Shown here: positions 9,797 through 19,889 of the stretch, piece after piece
Layout of the letters: each line of letters starts with the position of its first letter
How positions within the stretch are numbered: the first letter of the stretch is position 1
NCBI GenBank assembly: GCA_963817955.1
Contig: CAWFQK010000004.1
Span: 1,120,001-1,184,000, forward strand
Reading direction: 5' to 3'
DNA length: 64,000 bases
Source: an uncultured Gemmatimonadaceae bacterium
GTDB lineage: Bacteria; Gemmatimonadota; Gemmatimonadetes; Gemmatimonadales; Gemmatimonadaceae
Translations under genes and position numbers: made by a program
Notes under the pieces: model-generated
What the model was told of the DNA's origin: nothing
Database searches by the model: none
The model's input: the letters and a program-made list of their open reading frames with translations, nothing else

Positions 9797-10123
9797 ATGC
9801 CAGGACTGGAGCGCCTCGCCGCCATGCCACACAACGATCTCGACGTCAACGCGATTTGGTTGGCTCTCACTACCGTGATCGACCCCGAGCTCGGTCTCGA
9901 CGTAGTAACATTGGGGCTTATCTACGAGGTCGTGGTCGACGACGGCATGGCCAACATCCAACATACGCTGACAACCCCCGGCTGCCCCATGGAGCGGATC
10001 ATCACCGAGGGCATTCGAGACGCCGTCCTGCGGTTGGATGGCATCACGGGCGTCGACACGCACGTCGTCTGGGAGCCAGCCTGGCATCCGGGGATGATCG
10101 CGCCAAACGCGTTTCCGATGTGA
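9797..10123 (+). CDS. Metal-sulfur cluster assembly factor (DUF59/SufT/PaaD-like)
   Basis: VIDPELGLDVVTLGLIY, TLTTPGCPM, VWEPAW. Confidence 0.9.
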   Translation: MPGLERLAAMPHNDLDVNAIWLALTTVIDPELGLDVVTLGLIYEVVVDDGMANIQHTLTTPGCPMERIITEGIRDAVLRLDGITGVDTHVVWEPAWHPGMIAPNAFPM

Positions 10124-10127
10124 GCCG

Positions 10128-10160
10128 GTGTCTCGTGTCTCGTGTCTCGTGTCTCGTGTC
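10128..10160 (+). repeat. GTGTCTC heptamer tract
   Basis: About 4.5 tandem copies immediately after the stop codon. Confidence 0.9.
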
Positions 10161-10248
10161 GTCCTTGCCAATCTTGGCTCACCTCCCCAGTGTAAAGAGC
10201 GCTCGAGGCTATGCCCGGCGATCACGAAACGTTGCCTGTGAGGCCGCT

Positions 10249-10989
10249 ATGCGCAGTCGTGCTCTCGTTCTCATCGCGTTACTCATACTGCCATCTGGAT
10301 TGAGCGCGCAGCGAATTCGACTGCCGCGCATTGGCCGACGTACTCCGCCGCAAGCCGCTCATCTTCCGCCAGAAGCACCGCCGGTGGCGCGGGCACTCGC
10401 GTACAGGCGATCGAGGTGGTCAGCAGAGGCCTATCCCTTGGTGAGCTCCGTCCGAGTTCCGGCTGTCGCTGGCACCGCCACGAGCTACACGACCCTCGGA
10501 GCAGGAACGCACGGGGACTACCGCTACGCGGAGCGTTTTTCGGCAACCATTGACCTGACGGCATCGATGCTTGGCTCTCCTGCCACGACTGAAACGGTGG
10601 AGATCGGCACCCGGTTCCGGCCAATGCCGTGGAACGGAGAGATCCGTCCATTCTTCGACGTTCGCGCGGCGTACATGCACATGTATGACACGTTCGCGGC
10701 ACCAATTCAGACGTTCGCCGCCGGCGAGAGTTTCGTTTCTGGAGAGCGGTACAGTCGCGGCTTTGGCGGCGTCGCGGGCGCTGGCCTGGAGTTTTCCCTT
10801 ACACGTTCGCTGGCCCTCACCACTGAAGTATCAGCCCTTCGGAATCGGATGACCATCTACCGCGTGATCGGTCCGGCGAGCATTCCAGGTGACGGCCGCG
10901 ACTACTGGATGACATCGTACCGGTTCATGCTGGGCCTCAAGTACAACCCCGTACGCGTACTGAACCTGGTGCAGAATCCAAGGTCGTAA
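10249..10989 (+). CDS. Putative outer-membrane beta-barrel protein (start MRSRALV)
   Basis: Signal peptide; alternating beta-strands such as RPFFDVRAAY, GVAGAGLEF, YRFMLGLKYN. Confidence 0.65.
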   Translation: MRSRALVLIALLILPSGLSAQRIRLPRIGRRTPPQAAHLPPEAPPVARALAYRRSRWSAEAYPLVSSVRVPAVAGTATSYTTLGAGTHGDYRYAERFSATIDLTASMLGSPATTETVEIGTRFRPMPWNGEIRPFFDVRAAYMHMYDTFAAPIQTFAAGESFVSGERYSRGFGGVAGAGLEFSLTRSLALTTEVSALRNRMTIYRVIGPASIPGDGRDYWMTSYRFMLGLKYNPVRVLNLVQNPRS

Positions 10990-11128
10990 GCAGCCACGTC
11001 CAAGACCGGGCATTCAGGTCTGGTGATCGTGACGGGCCCAGCGGCGCGCTGGGGGGAAGATCCCTCACTAGTGATCGCGGACGCCCTGTGCTACATTCTG
11101 TGCCTTCCTCGGCGGTCTTGGAGCGTCC

Positions 11129-13678
11129 GTGTCCAACCCTTCCTCCACGTTGTTCACGTCCCCCGCCATCAGGGTGCTCGCGGTGCTTGGTCCCGCGGCG
11201 CTCATGCTCATGGTTGGCGCCATGGGTGCCACGACGTACGGTACGCTCCAAGCGCATAGCAGGCAGGTCGCGCAAACGCGCGACGTCATCGACCGAGGGA
11301 GGAGCGTTCTCGTCGATCTCCTCGACGCGGAGACGGGCGAGCGGGGATTCCTCATCACAGACGACACGCAATACCTCGAGCCGTATCAGCGCGGCACGGT
11401 GGCCTTGCGCGCCGACACGGCGGCGTTGCGTGCGCTGACGCGCGACGATGCTACCCAGCAGCGGCTGCTCGACAGGCTCACGGAGGTCGCCGCGGAGCGC
11501 GTCGCGCTGCTCGACACCGTCAAGACACGACGGCAGACGGACGGGCCAGCGGTCGCGCTGAAAGTGTTCCGCCAGAGTCGAGGCAAGGCACTGATGGACA
11601 GTGCACGCGTCATTATCGCGCGCATTCAGGACGAGGAGGGACGTCTGCTCGCCGCGCGTGAGGCAGCGGAGAGCCGCGCCGCGAATCGTCTCATCTTCGC
11701 GCTCGTGGCCGGCGCGGTGTTGGCGGCCCTATTCGCGTTTCTCATGAACGCGCTGCTCCACCGCAAGGCCGAGCGGATCGCCGCAAGCGAGCGCCTGACT
11801 TCGGAGCAGAACGAGCTGCTGCAGGAACAGACGCTCGAGCTGGAGTTGACCAACGAACAGCTTCATGATCAGCAGGCCGAGCTCGAGATGCAGACCGAGG
11901 AGTTGCAGGCCACCGCTGCGTACCTGGAGGAACGGACCGAGGCGCTCACGGAGAGCGAGGCGCGTTTCCGCGCCGTGTTCGAGCGATCGCGCGTCGGCAT
12001 GGCGCGCGTCTCATTCTCCGGAGCGCGGTGGCTCGAGGTGAACGACGCCTTCCGAGAGATGCTCGGATACACCCAGGACGAGTTCCTCGCTACTCCATGG
12101 CCCGAGATCACCCACCCGGACGACGTGGACTCGGATCTCATACCGTTCGGTCGTATGGCGGTGGGCGACCTCGAGTGGTATGCAGTCGAAAAACGCTTCA
12201 TCCATAAGTTCGGCCACCATGTGTGGGCGCGGCTCACTCTCTCGCTGGTGCGCGACTCGGCCGGGCGTCCGGACTATGAGATTGCCGTCATCGAGGATGT
12301 CAGCCGACAGCACGCGGCCGCGGCAGAGCGGGAGAGGTTGCTCGCCGCCGAGGAGCTGGCCCGCAGCCGAGCCGAGACGCTGCAGCACATCTCAGCCTCG
12401 CTATCCGCGGCGCGCACACCTGCTGACGTAGCCGCAGCGACCATCAGCGCCGGCATAGTCGCCGCGGACGCTTCGCGTGCGGCGGTCGGACTTCTCGACG
12501 ACGACAACGGGCGCACCGTTGAGCTCCTGGCGCACAGTGGATACACCGAGGCGCAAGTCGCGCGGTTGCTCGACATGCCCATGGGGGGGCTGCTCCCGTT
12601 GGCGGACCTCGTACGAACCCGTGCGGCCGTCCTGATCGGCCGGCATGATGAAACCGTCGTACGCTACCCCGCATTCGCCAAATGGATTGACGCTGCCGGC
12701 TTCCACGGATCCGCGATGTTCCCGCTCTTCGTCGGTCAGGGAGCAGAGGAACGCGTGCTGGGCTACCTCGGCTTCGGTTTTGAACGAGACCGCGAGTTCA
12801 CCGAGAGCGAGGTCGCGTTTCTCGAGACGGTAGCGCGTCTCTGCTCTCAGGCGCTCGACCGCGCGCGTGCGTACAACGCGGCGGAAGCGGCCCGCCACGA
12901 GGCCGAGGCGGCAAATCGGGCAAAATCGCAGTTCCTGGCAACGATGAGCCATGAGTTGCGCACACCGCTCAACGCCATCGCGGGCTACGCTGACCTAATG
13001 GAATTGGAGCTCCGGGGCCCGCTCACCGAATTGCAGCGCGCCGACCTCGCGCGTATCAAAGTCAGCGGGCAGCACTTGTTGAGCCTGATCAACGACGTCC
13101 TGAACTTTGCGAAGATCGAGGCCGGGCGGCTCGAGCTACAGTTCTCGCCCGCATCGGTGAGCGCCCTCGTTGCGGGGATCGATCCGCTCATCGCGCCGCA
13201 GTACGGTGCCCGCGGGCTCGCCTACGCCTTCGAGTGCGCCGACGACGCTGTCGTCTGGGCCGACGCCGAGAAAGTGCAACAGATCCTGCTCAACCTGCTC
13301 ACGAACGCGGGGAAGTTCACGGCCCCGGGAAACACGGTGACGGTCCAGTCCGAGCAGGATGACCATGTCGTGCGAATCCACGTCCGCGACCGCGGCCGCG
13401 GGATTCCCGCGGACAAGCTGGACCGCATCTTTGAGCCGTTCGTGCAAATCGATCGACACCTGACGCAGGCGAGCCAGCAAGGAGTGGGGCTTGGGCTCTC
13501 GATCAGCCGCGAGCTCGCACGGGCAATGGGAGGCGACCTCACTGCCGAGAGCACGCTCGGGGAGGGCTCGACGTTCACCCTGGTGCTCGTACGACACGAC
13601 CCAACGGCCGTCCGCTCTATCGGGAACCCGCTCACCGACGGCGCACAAGCAGCGTCGGTACGCCCGCTCACAGACTGA
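11129..13678 (+). CDS. Sensor histidine kinase CHASE3-PAS-GAF-HisKA-HATPase
   Basis: DAETGERGFLIT..YLEPY (CHASE3), ITHPDD (PAS), MSHELRTPLN, NLLTNAGKFT, GVGLGLSIS. Confidence 0.93.
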   Translation: MSNPSSTLFTSPAIRVLAVLGPAALMLMVGAMGATTYGTLQAHSRQVAQTRDVIDRGRSVLVDLLDAETGERGFLITDDTQYLEPYQRGTVALRADTAALRALTRDDATQQRLLDRLTEVAAERVALLDTVKTRRQTDGPAVALKVFRQSRGKALMDSARVIIARIQDEEGRLLAAREAAESRAANRLIFALVAGAVLAALFAFLMNALLHRKAERIAASERLTSEQNELLQEQTLELELTNEQLHDQQAELEMQTEELQATAAYLEERTEALTESEARFRAVFERSRVGMARVSFSGARWLEVNDAFREMLGYTQDEFLATPWPEITHPDDVDSDLIPFGRMAVGDLEWYAVEKRFIHKFGHHVWARLTLSLVRDSAGRPDYEIAVIEDVSRQHAAAAERERLLAAEELARSRAETLQHISASLSAARTPADVAAATISAGIVAADASRAAVGLLDDDNGRTVELLAHSGYTEAQVARLLDMPMGGLLPLADLVRTRAAVLIGRHDETVVRYPAFAKWIDAAGFHGSAMFPLFVGQGAEERVLGYLGFGFERDREFTESEVAFLETVARLCSQALDRARAYNAAEAARHEAEAANRAKSQFLATMSHELRTPLNAIAGYADLMELELRGPLTELQRADLARIKVSGQHLLSLINDVLNFAKIEAGRLELQFSPASVSALVAGIDPLIAPQYGARGLAYAFECADDAVVWADAEKVQQILLNLLTNAGKFTAPGNTVTVQSEQDDHVVRIHVRDRGRGIPADKLDRIFEPFVQIDRHLTQASQQGVGLGLSISRELARAMGGDLTAESTLGEGSTFTLVLVRHDPTAVRSIGNPLTDGAQAASVRPLTD

Positions 13679-13839
13679 CGGCGCGAACTGCTTACGGCGC
13701 CAACTCCCTGACTGCGCCAACTCCCTGACTGCGCCAACTCCCTGACTGCGCCAACTCCCTAAATACGCGAACTCCCTGACGGCGGCGTACGGCGCGGACT
13801 CCCTAAATACGCGAACTCCCTGACGGCGGCTTACGGCGC
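13677..13839 (+). repeat. 17-bp ACTCCCT array, copy A
   Basis: Head GACGGCGCGAACTGCT, then GACTGCGCCAACTCCCT-type units, tail GACGGCGGCTTACGGCG. Confidence 0.92.
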
Positions 13840-14307
13840 TGCCGGACGCGGGGCGTCAGAGTTGTAGATATCGCGCGAGACCCGCCAATTGCCCGCGGAT
13901 TGACGCTGCCAGATTTCCAAATACTTGCCCGAGTCGGGCTTCGACCGGCCGCCCCACGACCAATACCGGCCGCGCACGTAGGCCAGATCATGATTGCCCT
14001 CGATCTCGACCTGCTGCCACCGGTACATATACGCCGTGGAATCTGTGGACTCATACGCCGCGATCGCCGCCTGGCCGACGAGCGCAGGCGAATGTTCGGG
14101 CATTGATACGGCATCCGCCGTGTAGTACGAGCGGGCGTAGCCAGCGAAGTCTTTTGGCGGCCGGGCGTTGATGATCGCGAGAGTAGAGTCGGCCGTGCTA
14201 CGGATGGCGCGCCGGTCGGCGTCCGACAACGCCGCGGGTTGCGAGCGGGCGCACCCGATGCCGGCCGCGAGGACAAGCACCGCAAACGATTCGCGCGGGC
14301 GAGTCAT
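13831..14307 (-). CDS. SnoaL/NTF2-like (DUF4440/YybH) protein with lipoprotein-like signal
   Basis: YYTADAVSMP..LVGQAAI, GKYLEIWQRQSAGNWRVSRDIYNSD; CAGGAGG RBS. Confidence 0.85.
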   Translation of the reverse strand: MTRPRESFAVLVLAAGIGCARSQPAALSDADRRAIRSTADSTLAIINARPPKDFAGYARSYYTADAVSMPEHSPALVGQAAIAAYESTDSTAYMYRWQQVEIEGNHDLAYVRGRYWSWGGRSKPDSGKYLEIWQRQSAGNWRVSRDIYNSDAPRPAAP

Positions 14308-14521
14308 ATCAGCCTCCTGATTGAACGAGCGAACTGGGAGCACGCCATAAGAAGCCGTCTGGCCCGGAATCATATAATGGCGCGCCGAGCGCACGATTGC
14401 CAACGCAGGATCTGCTCGCCCGAATGCCCGACGGTAGAATCCACAGCGCCCTCTGTCACAGCCCCCCCGCTGATGACGGCGTCCGCAGGATGCCCGAGGC
14501 CATTCGAATCAGCCCCCCGAA

Positions 14522-14797
14522 ATGCGGTCCATTGAGAAGCGCTCCTCCGGGATCGCGACACTTGTTGTCATCACCGTCCTGACCTCGATCGCGACCCTCG
14601 CGAATGGCTTTGCGTTCGGCGACGTTCCGATTGTCGCGAACAATCCGGGCGTCCACAGTCTGGCGCGGCTGTGAGATCTGTTTGGCCAGAGCTATTGGCC
14701 GCCGGAAGTGACGATGGCGCTCTATCGGCCCGTCCCCATGTGCGGCGAGTATGTTTTGAAGGAGACACTCGCTGCGAAGCACCCGCTGAAACAGTAG
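14522..14797 (+). pseudogene. N-terminal remnant of a TMTC-like GT-C glycosyltransferase, paralogous to 22956-24716
   Basis: Manual translation NGFAFGDVPIVANNPGVHSLARL*DLFGQSYWPP..LYRP aligns with NDFASDDVTLIGNDQRIHSLGNWSLFFTKTYWPP..LYRP; in-frame TGA at 14672. Confidence 0.75.
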
Positions 14798-14815
14798 TTG
14801 GCGATTAGGGGGATC

Positions 14816-16258
14816 ATGCCGGACGCACCCGCTGAAGAACCAGGACCAGGACCAGAACCAGCCGACACCGTGCAGGCGCGCGACCTGGCGGAATCGTCGC
14901 GTAGCCCCCTCGGGCCATACGAGACTCTGCTGAGTCACACGCTGGCGCTGGTGGCCAATGGGGCAGAATTGCCTCGCGTGCTCGATTCCATTGTACGGGG
15001 CCTGGAGTCGGCGTATCCCGCGGCAGTGTGCAGCATCTCGTTGCTGGCTCGCGGACCGAAGCAGCTCGACAGTGCGCCAGTCCCAGGCCCATCAGATTTC
15101 TATAACGAAGCCCTCGCCCGCACCGAAACCTGCATAGGGTCATGCTGGTCTCAGCCAATCCGCGCCGCATCAGGCCAGACGTCGGGCACGCTCACCGTCA
15201 GGCATCGTGACGAGCGCACGCCCGGCGACGCCGACCTCGCCATCCTCGAACGATCCGCCCACCTCGCCGCCATTGCCGTCGAGCGGAGCATCGACACCGA
15301 TCGACTGCGTGAGAGTGACAGCTTGTTTCGCTTGCTGACCGAGGATACCCGATTCGTGGTCTGGAAGGTGGACCGCGATCTCCGTTTCACCTATATCAGC
15401 CCGGCGGATGAACGGTTGCGCGGCTACACGGCCGGCGAGATGATCGGTCGCTCCGTTCTCGAGATGTTCACCGAAGAAGGCATTGCCGCCCTCACCGAGA
15501 TCATGCACGCGAGGCGGGTGGCCGAACAGCACGGCACTCGGACGGGCAGCTTGACGTTCGAGTGCCAGCATCGCTGCAAGGATGGCAGGCTCCTGTGGGG
15601 AGAGATCTTCTCCACCCCCGTGCGTGACGCACACGGCGCGATCGTCGGCTTCCACGGCATCACTCGGGAAAACACGGAGCGCCGGCACATGGAGGAGCAG
15701 GTACGACAACTGGCCTTCTACGACACGCTCACCAACCTCCCCAATCGTCGTATGCTCGACGATCGCTTGAGCCAGACCATGGCGGCCAGCAAGCGCACTG
15801 GTCGCTGGGGAGCGCTGATGTTTCTCGACCTGGATAATTTCAAATCACTCAATGACACCCAGGGCCATGAGATCGGTGACCTGCTGCTGATCGAAGCAGC
15901 GAATCGACTGCGACGATGCGTGCGCGAGACGGACACCGTCGCACGTATTGGCGGCGATGAGTTCGTCGTGATGCTGAGCGGATTGGATGTGGATCCCGTC
16001 GTATCGAAATCCCAAGCGAAGACTGTGGCGGACAAGATCCGCACCACGCTCTTGGAACCGTACCGGCTGACGACGCAGCGCGAGGCGAACGCCGGCACCG
16101 TCGTTGAACATCACTGCACCGTGAGCATCGGCGTGGCGTTGTTCGCGGGTCATGGAGCCAGCGCGGAGAACATTCTCAAATGGGCTGATATGGCGATGTA
16201 TGGAGCGAAGGAGGAGGGGCGGAATCGGATACGAATTCATGACGGCGCGAACGGCTAA
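14816..16258 (+). CDS. GAF-PAS diguanylate cyclase
   Basis: YDTLTNLPNRR, FLDLDNFKSLND, ARIGGDEF, ADMAMYGAK. Confidence 0.93.
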   Translation: MPDAPAEEPGPGPEPADTVQARDLAESSRSPLGPYETLLSHTLALVANGAELPRVLDSIVRGLESAYPAAVCSISLLARGPKQLDSAPVPGPSDFYNEALARTETCIGSCWSQPIRAASGQTSGTLTVRHRDERTPGDADLAILERSAHLAAIAVERSIDTDRLRESDSLFRLLTEDTRFVVWKVDRDLRFTYISPADERLRGYTAGEMIGRSVLEMFTEEGIAALTEIMHARRVAEQHGTRTGSLTFECQHRCKDGRLLWGEIFSTPVRDAHGAIVGFHGITRENTERRHMEEQVRQLAFYDTLTNLPNRRMLDDRLSQTMAASKRTGRWGALMFLDLDNFKSLNDTQGHEIGDLLLIEAANRLRRCVRETDTVARIGGDEFVVMLSGLDVDPVVSKSQAKTVADKIRTTLLEPYRLTTQREANAGTVVEHHCTVSIGVALFAGHGASAENILKWADMAMYGAKEEGRNRIRIHDGANG

Positions 16259-16415
16259 CGGCGCGGACTCCCTAACGGCGCGGACTCCCTGACGGCGCTG
16301 ACTCCCTAACTACGCTAACTCCCTGACGGCGCTGACTCCCTAACTACGCTAACTCCCTGACGGCGCGGACTCCCTGACGGCGGACTTACGGCGGACTTAC
16401 GGCGGCTTACGGCGC
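16241..16415 (+). repeat. 17-bp ACTCCCT array, copy B
   Basis: Same head, body and tail units as copy A; overlaps last codons of the cyclase. Confidence 0.92.
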
Positions 16416-16712
16416 AGACACAGTCGCATCCCTTTGGAGTAGGCGCGCCGTAGCGTCTGGTGAGCTGATCGAGGGAAATCACAATAGGCTTCCGAGGCGA
16501 GGAATCCACAATGTCGCCGGCGCTGACGACCCGACCAAAGATGCGGTTGCTCATCCATTCCGGCAACGACCCGATGAGGATCTGTGGATCGTCGCCGGAT
16601 TAGATGGTTCTAATCTTGCCAGAATGCCCACTGCGCCGTCGCGCCGCAGGGAACATGAGCACGATCCCTGACCGGCCTCCCTGGCGATCACGGCCGTTGA
16701 GCGAACGATCGG

Positions 16713-18650
16713 GTGACGACGCCCCGTCGGCCAGGCGACCGACCCAGTGCACAACCGCGATGCGGCAATCGGGATCAGGTGACACAGACAAAGACGATTT
16801 CATCCGTTTCGGCGACGCCGCCGCTCTCACCCAACGAACGGCGCGCGCTCCGGCGGAAGCATGGCACGCGATTGCCGCTCGTGCTCGTTCTCCTGTCTCT
16901 CGCGCTCGCCGTGCTGCTGCCGCGGCTGATGCAGCGACGGATCGCACATCTCCGCGACGTCGCCTACTTGGCCGAGCCGGCCCGTCTGCGTATCGCCCGA
17001 CTCCAGCTCGATCTCGTTGTCGAGTCAGCCGCGCGGCGCGGGTACCTGCTCCCCGGTTACCCCGATCTGGCAAATCAACTCGGCACCGCACAGATGGAGC
17101 GGCGGAGCGTCGAGCGGCAGCTCCTCGCCGACGCTCGCCGACTGGATGTTCCGCCATCCGTCGCGCTCACGCGGGCCGTTGAGAATTTACAGGATCTGGG
17201 CAATCGCCTCGACTCGCTCGGCTCCGCTTCGGGCATTCGTCCGCAGGCGTCGGCGGCCCTGGCGGAGCAAGAGCAGTGCGCCAACGAGATTCACGCACTC
17301 TCGGACAGTCTTGAGAGCAGGGTCGCGCGCGCAACCGAGAGCCGCCGTGCATCGATGGGCCAGACGGAGGATGTGGTCGGGCTGCTCACTGCAGGCCTCG
17401 TCCTTATTGGTTTGGGAGCGGCATTTCTCGTGGCTCGGCTCGGAAGTCACTACCGCAAGCTGGCGCTTCGCCTCGACGAGACCGAAGCGCGGTTTCGTCA
17501 GATCGCCGACAACCTGTGTGCCGTTGTCTGGTTGAGTGAGCCGGATATGCGGCGCCAGCTCTATGTGAGCGTCGCCTACGAACGTATCTGGGGACGCTCA
17601 CGAGAGAGCCTCGAGACCGACCCCAACTCCTTCATGGAAGGCGTCCACCCTGATGACCGAGAGCGGGTGCGCGCCTCGCTGGCTGACCTGGCTCATCGCG
17701 CCGCGGATGTCGAGTTCAGGGTGGTTCGGCCGGATGGCACCGTGCGTTGGGTCTGGAGCCGCGGGTTTCCAGTCCGAGACAACAGCGGGCGGATCTTCCG
17801 TGTAGCGGGAATCATGGAAGACGTCACCGAACGCCATGAGTATGTGCTCGAACGCGACACGCTGCTCGCGAGAGAGCAGGACGCACGCGCGGTAGCGGAA
17901 CGCCGCCAGTCGGCCCTCGAACGCGTGACCGACAGCCGCGGGCGGCTCATCCGCGGCTTCACCCATGACGTCAAGAACCCGCTCGGCGCGGCCGACGGGT
18001 ACTTAGCGCTGCTCGAAGAAGGGACGTTCGGAACTCTCGTCGAAACGCAGCGCGAAACGCTCGCCAGAGCTCGACGGTCCATTCATCACGCGCTGGAGCT
18101 CATTGGGCAGTTGCTCGAGGTCGCGCGTGCCGAGGCCGGGCAGGTGGAGATCCACCAACAAAAGACTGATGTCGTCGAGGTGGTGCGAGACGTCGCGGAC
18201 TCGTTCCGGAAAACGGCGGAGGCGAAGGGTCTCGCGCTTGCCGTGGAGCTCCCGGAACGACCTCCGACTGTCATGACCGACGCCTCGCGCCTGCGGCAGG
18301 TCGTCGACAACCTGGTGTCGAACGCCGTGAAATACACTCCGGCGGGCGGCCACGTCTCGGTGAATTGCTGCGAATCGTCCAAGGGCGTTGAGCAAGCCGC
18401 TCCCCAAGTCGTCATCACGGTTTCAGACGACGGCGGGGGTATCCCGAAGGACAAGCTCCCGATGTTGTTCATGGAGTACAAACGGTTCAGCCCCGAGGCG
18501 GCAGCCGGCGAGGGAATCGGGTTGGCCATCAGCCAGAAAATCGCGGAGGCATTGGGCGGTGAGATAACGGTCGACAGCAAAGTAGGTCTGGGGAGCACTT
18601 TCGCACTCCGGCTCCCAGTCGCACCAAGCCGTCATCCCACGCAACCGTAA
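16713..18650 (+). CDS. Membrane sensor histidine kinase with PAS domain (start uncertain)
   Basis: Two TM helices, VHPDDRERV PAS, FTHDVKNPL H-box, NLVSNAVKYT, GIGLAIS. Confidence 0.9.
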   Translation: MTTPRRPGDRPSAQPRCGNRDQVTQTKTISSVSATPPLSPNERRALRRKHGTRLPLVLVLLSLALAVLLPRLMQRRIAHLRDVAYLAEPARLRIARLQLDLVVESAARRGYLLPGYPDLANQLGTAQMERRSVERQLLADARRLDVPPSVALTRAVENLQDLGNRLDSLGSASGIRPQASAALAEQEQCANEIHALSDSLESRVARATESRRASMGQTEDVVGLLTAGLVLIGLGAAFLVARLGSHYRKLALRLDETEARFRQIADNLCAVVWLSEPDMRRQLYVSVAYERIWGRSRESLETDPNSFMEGVHPDDRERVRASLADLAHRAADVEFRVVRPDGTVRWVWSRGFPVRDNSGRIFRVAGIMEDVTERHEYVLERDTLLAREQDARAVAERRQSALERVTDSRGRLIRGFTHDVKNPLGAADGYLALLEEGTFGTLVETQRETLARARRSIHHALELIGQLLEVARAEAGQVEIHQQKTDVVEVVRDVADSFRKTAEAKGLALAVELPERPPTVMTDASRLRQVVDNLVSNAVKYTPAGGHVSVNCCESSKGVEQAAPQVVITVSDDGGGIPKDKLPMLFMEYKRFSPEAAAGEGIGLAISQKIAEALGGEITVDSKVGLGSTFALRLPVAPSRHPTQP

Positions 18651-18733
18651 GCCAGGCGGCTGGTGGCTCGCGGCTCGTTGCCGCCGCCCGTGACGGGGAC
18701 TCCCCTTCGCGCACCCGCCCTTTATCTTCGCGT

Positions 18734-19870
18734 ATGCATTCTCTCGTTCGCCTCACCTGGATCGCCGTCCTGGGAAGCGCAGGGTTGGGAGCGTGCGGCG
18801 GTAGCGCCGACTCCACGACACCCGTCACGCCCGTTACGCCGGTCGTGCCGGCCGCCGGCATGCACGGTCTCACCGTCCTCTTTCCCCCCACCAAGCCCAA
18901 CCAGGCCTACTACTCGGACGTGCTCACGTACCTCGTGAACAACCCGAGCGCACCGGTGGACGGGGCGAATTTCTCTGTCAGTTGGAGTTCGGTGGACAAG
19001 GGACCGGGCGCGAATCCGCAATACGATTTCTCGTCCGTGGACAGCCTGCTCCAGCCGTGGATCCACGCCGGCAAGAAAGTGAACCTCACGGTATCGGGCG
19101 TCACGTATGGAACAGGAACGACGTCGCTGGTCGCGACGCCTGCCTACGTGCAATTGCAGGCGAGCATTCTCAACTGCACCAGCTCATCCCCGGCCTTCTG
19201 GCAGCAAGGCTACTTCAAGAACTATCAAGCATTGATGGCGGCGGTCGTCCAGCACTACGGCAGCAACCCCTCTGTGGGATACATCCGATTCGGACTGGGC
19301 ATTGGTGGTGAAACCACGATCGTCATGGGCTTCAGCTCCGCGGACTGCCAGGCGCAGCTCACCGCGGCCGGGTTCAGCACTCCGGTGTGGCTCGCCTATC
19401 TCGGCCAGATGCTCGATTATGAGAAGTCATTGAATTCTCCAGTGCAGTTGATGGTGGGGATCAACATCCTGAATTTCAACAATCCGGACTACAGCATACC
19501 GGATTCGACCGCGGCCATGGCCGTGCGCAACGGCATCGGGTTCGGAAGCCAGGGACTTCAGGCCGGCGACATCACGGACTATGCCGCCGGCCGGCCCTGC
19601 ACCGTAGACTGGTGCAAGATGTTCGTGAAGTACGACGGTACAGTTCCCCTCGAGCTGCAAACGGTCGCGCTCAGCGATCCGAGTGGCGCCGGCATGACCG
19701 GTTCACTGGTGCCGCTGCTGCAACTCGGCGTGCAGCTCCACGCGCGGAATTTCGAAATCTACTACGAAGATTGGCTGACGGCGTTCGACCCGGCCTACCC
19801 GGCATATGCGCAGTATCACACCGCGTATCAGCAGGCCATTCTGACTACGTCGGCGGCGGTCGCCAAGTAG
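18734..19870 (+). CDS. Lipoprotein with putative glycoside hydrolase TIM-barrel (GH42/agarase-like)
   Basis: LGAC lipobox; VSWSSVD..YDFSSVD, HYGSNPSVGYIRFGLGIGGE. Confidence 0.6.
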   Translation: MHSLVRLTWIAVLGSAGLGACGGSADSTTPVTPVTPVVPAAGMHGLTVLFPPTKPNQAYYSDVLTYLVNNPSAPVDGANFSVSWSSVDKGPGANPQYDFSSVDSLLQPWIHAGKKVNLTVSGVTYGTGTTSLVATPAYVQLQASILNCTSSSPAFWQQGYFKNYQALMAAVVQHYGSNPSVGYIRFGLGIGGETTIVMGFSSADCQAQLTAAGFSTPVWLAYLGQMLDYEKSLNSPVQLMVGINILNFNNPDYSIPDSTAAMAVRNGIGFGSQGLQAGDITDYAAGRPCTVDWCKMFVKYDGTVPLELQTVALSDPSGAGMTGSLVPLLQLGVQLHARNFEIYYEDWLTAFDPAYPAYAQYHTAYQQAILTTSAAVAK

Positions 19871-19889
19871 ACAGATACCAGGCACTCAC

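Noticed and set aside
14585..14650. c-di-GMP-I riboswitch on the minus strand (GAACGCAAAGCC) near the diguanylate cyclase
   Set aside because: Lacks the GGCAAA...GAAA P2 architecture; the region is explained by the TMTC-like remnant on the plus strand
16420..16600. Possible remnant on the minus strand (GDDPQILIGSLPEWM) beside array B
   Set aside because: No family could be recognised with confidence
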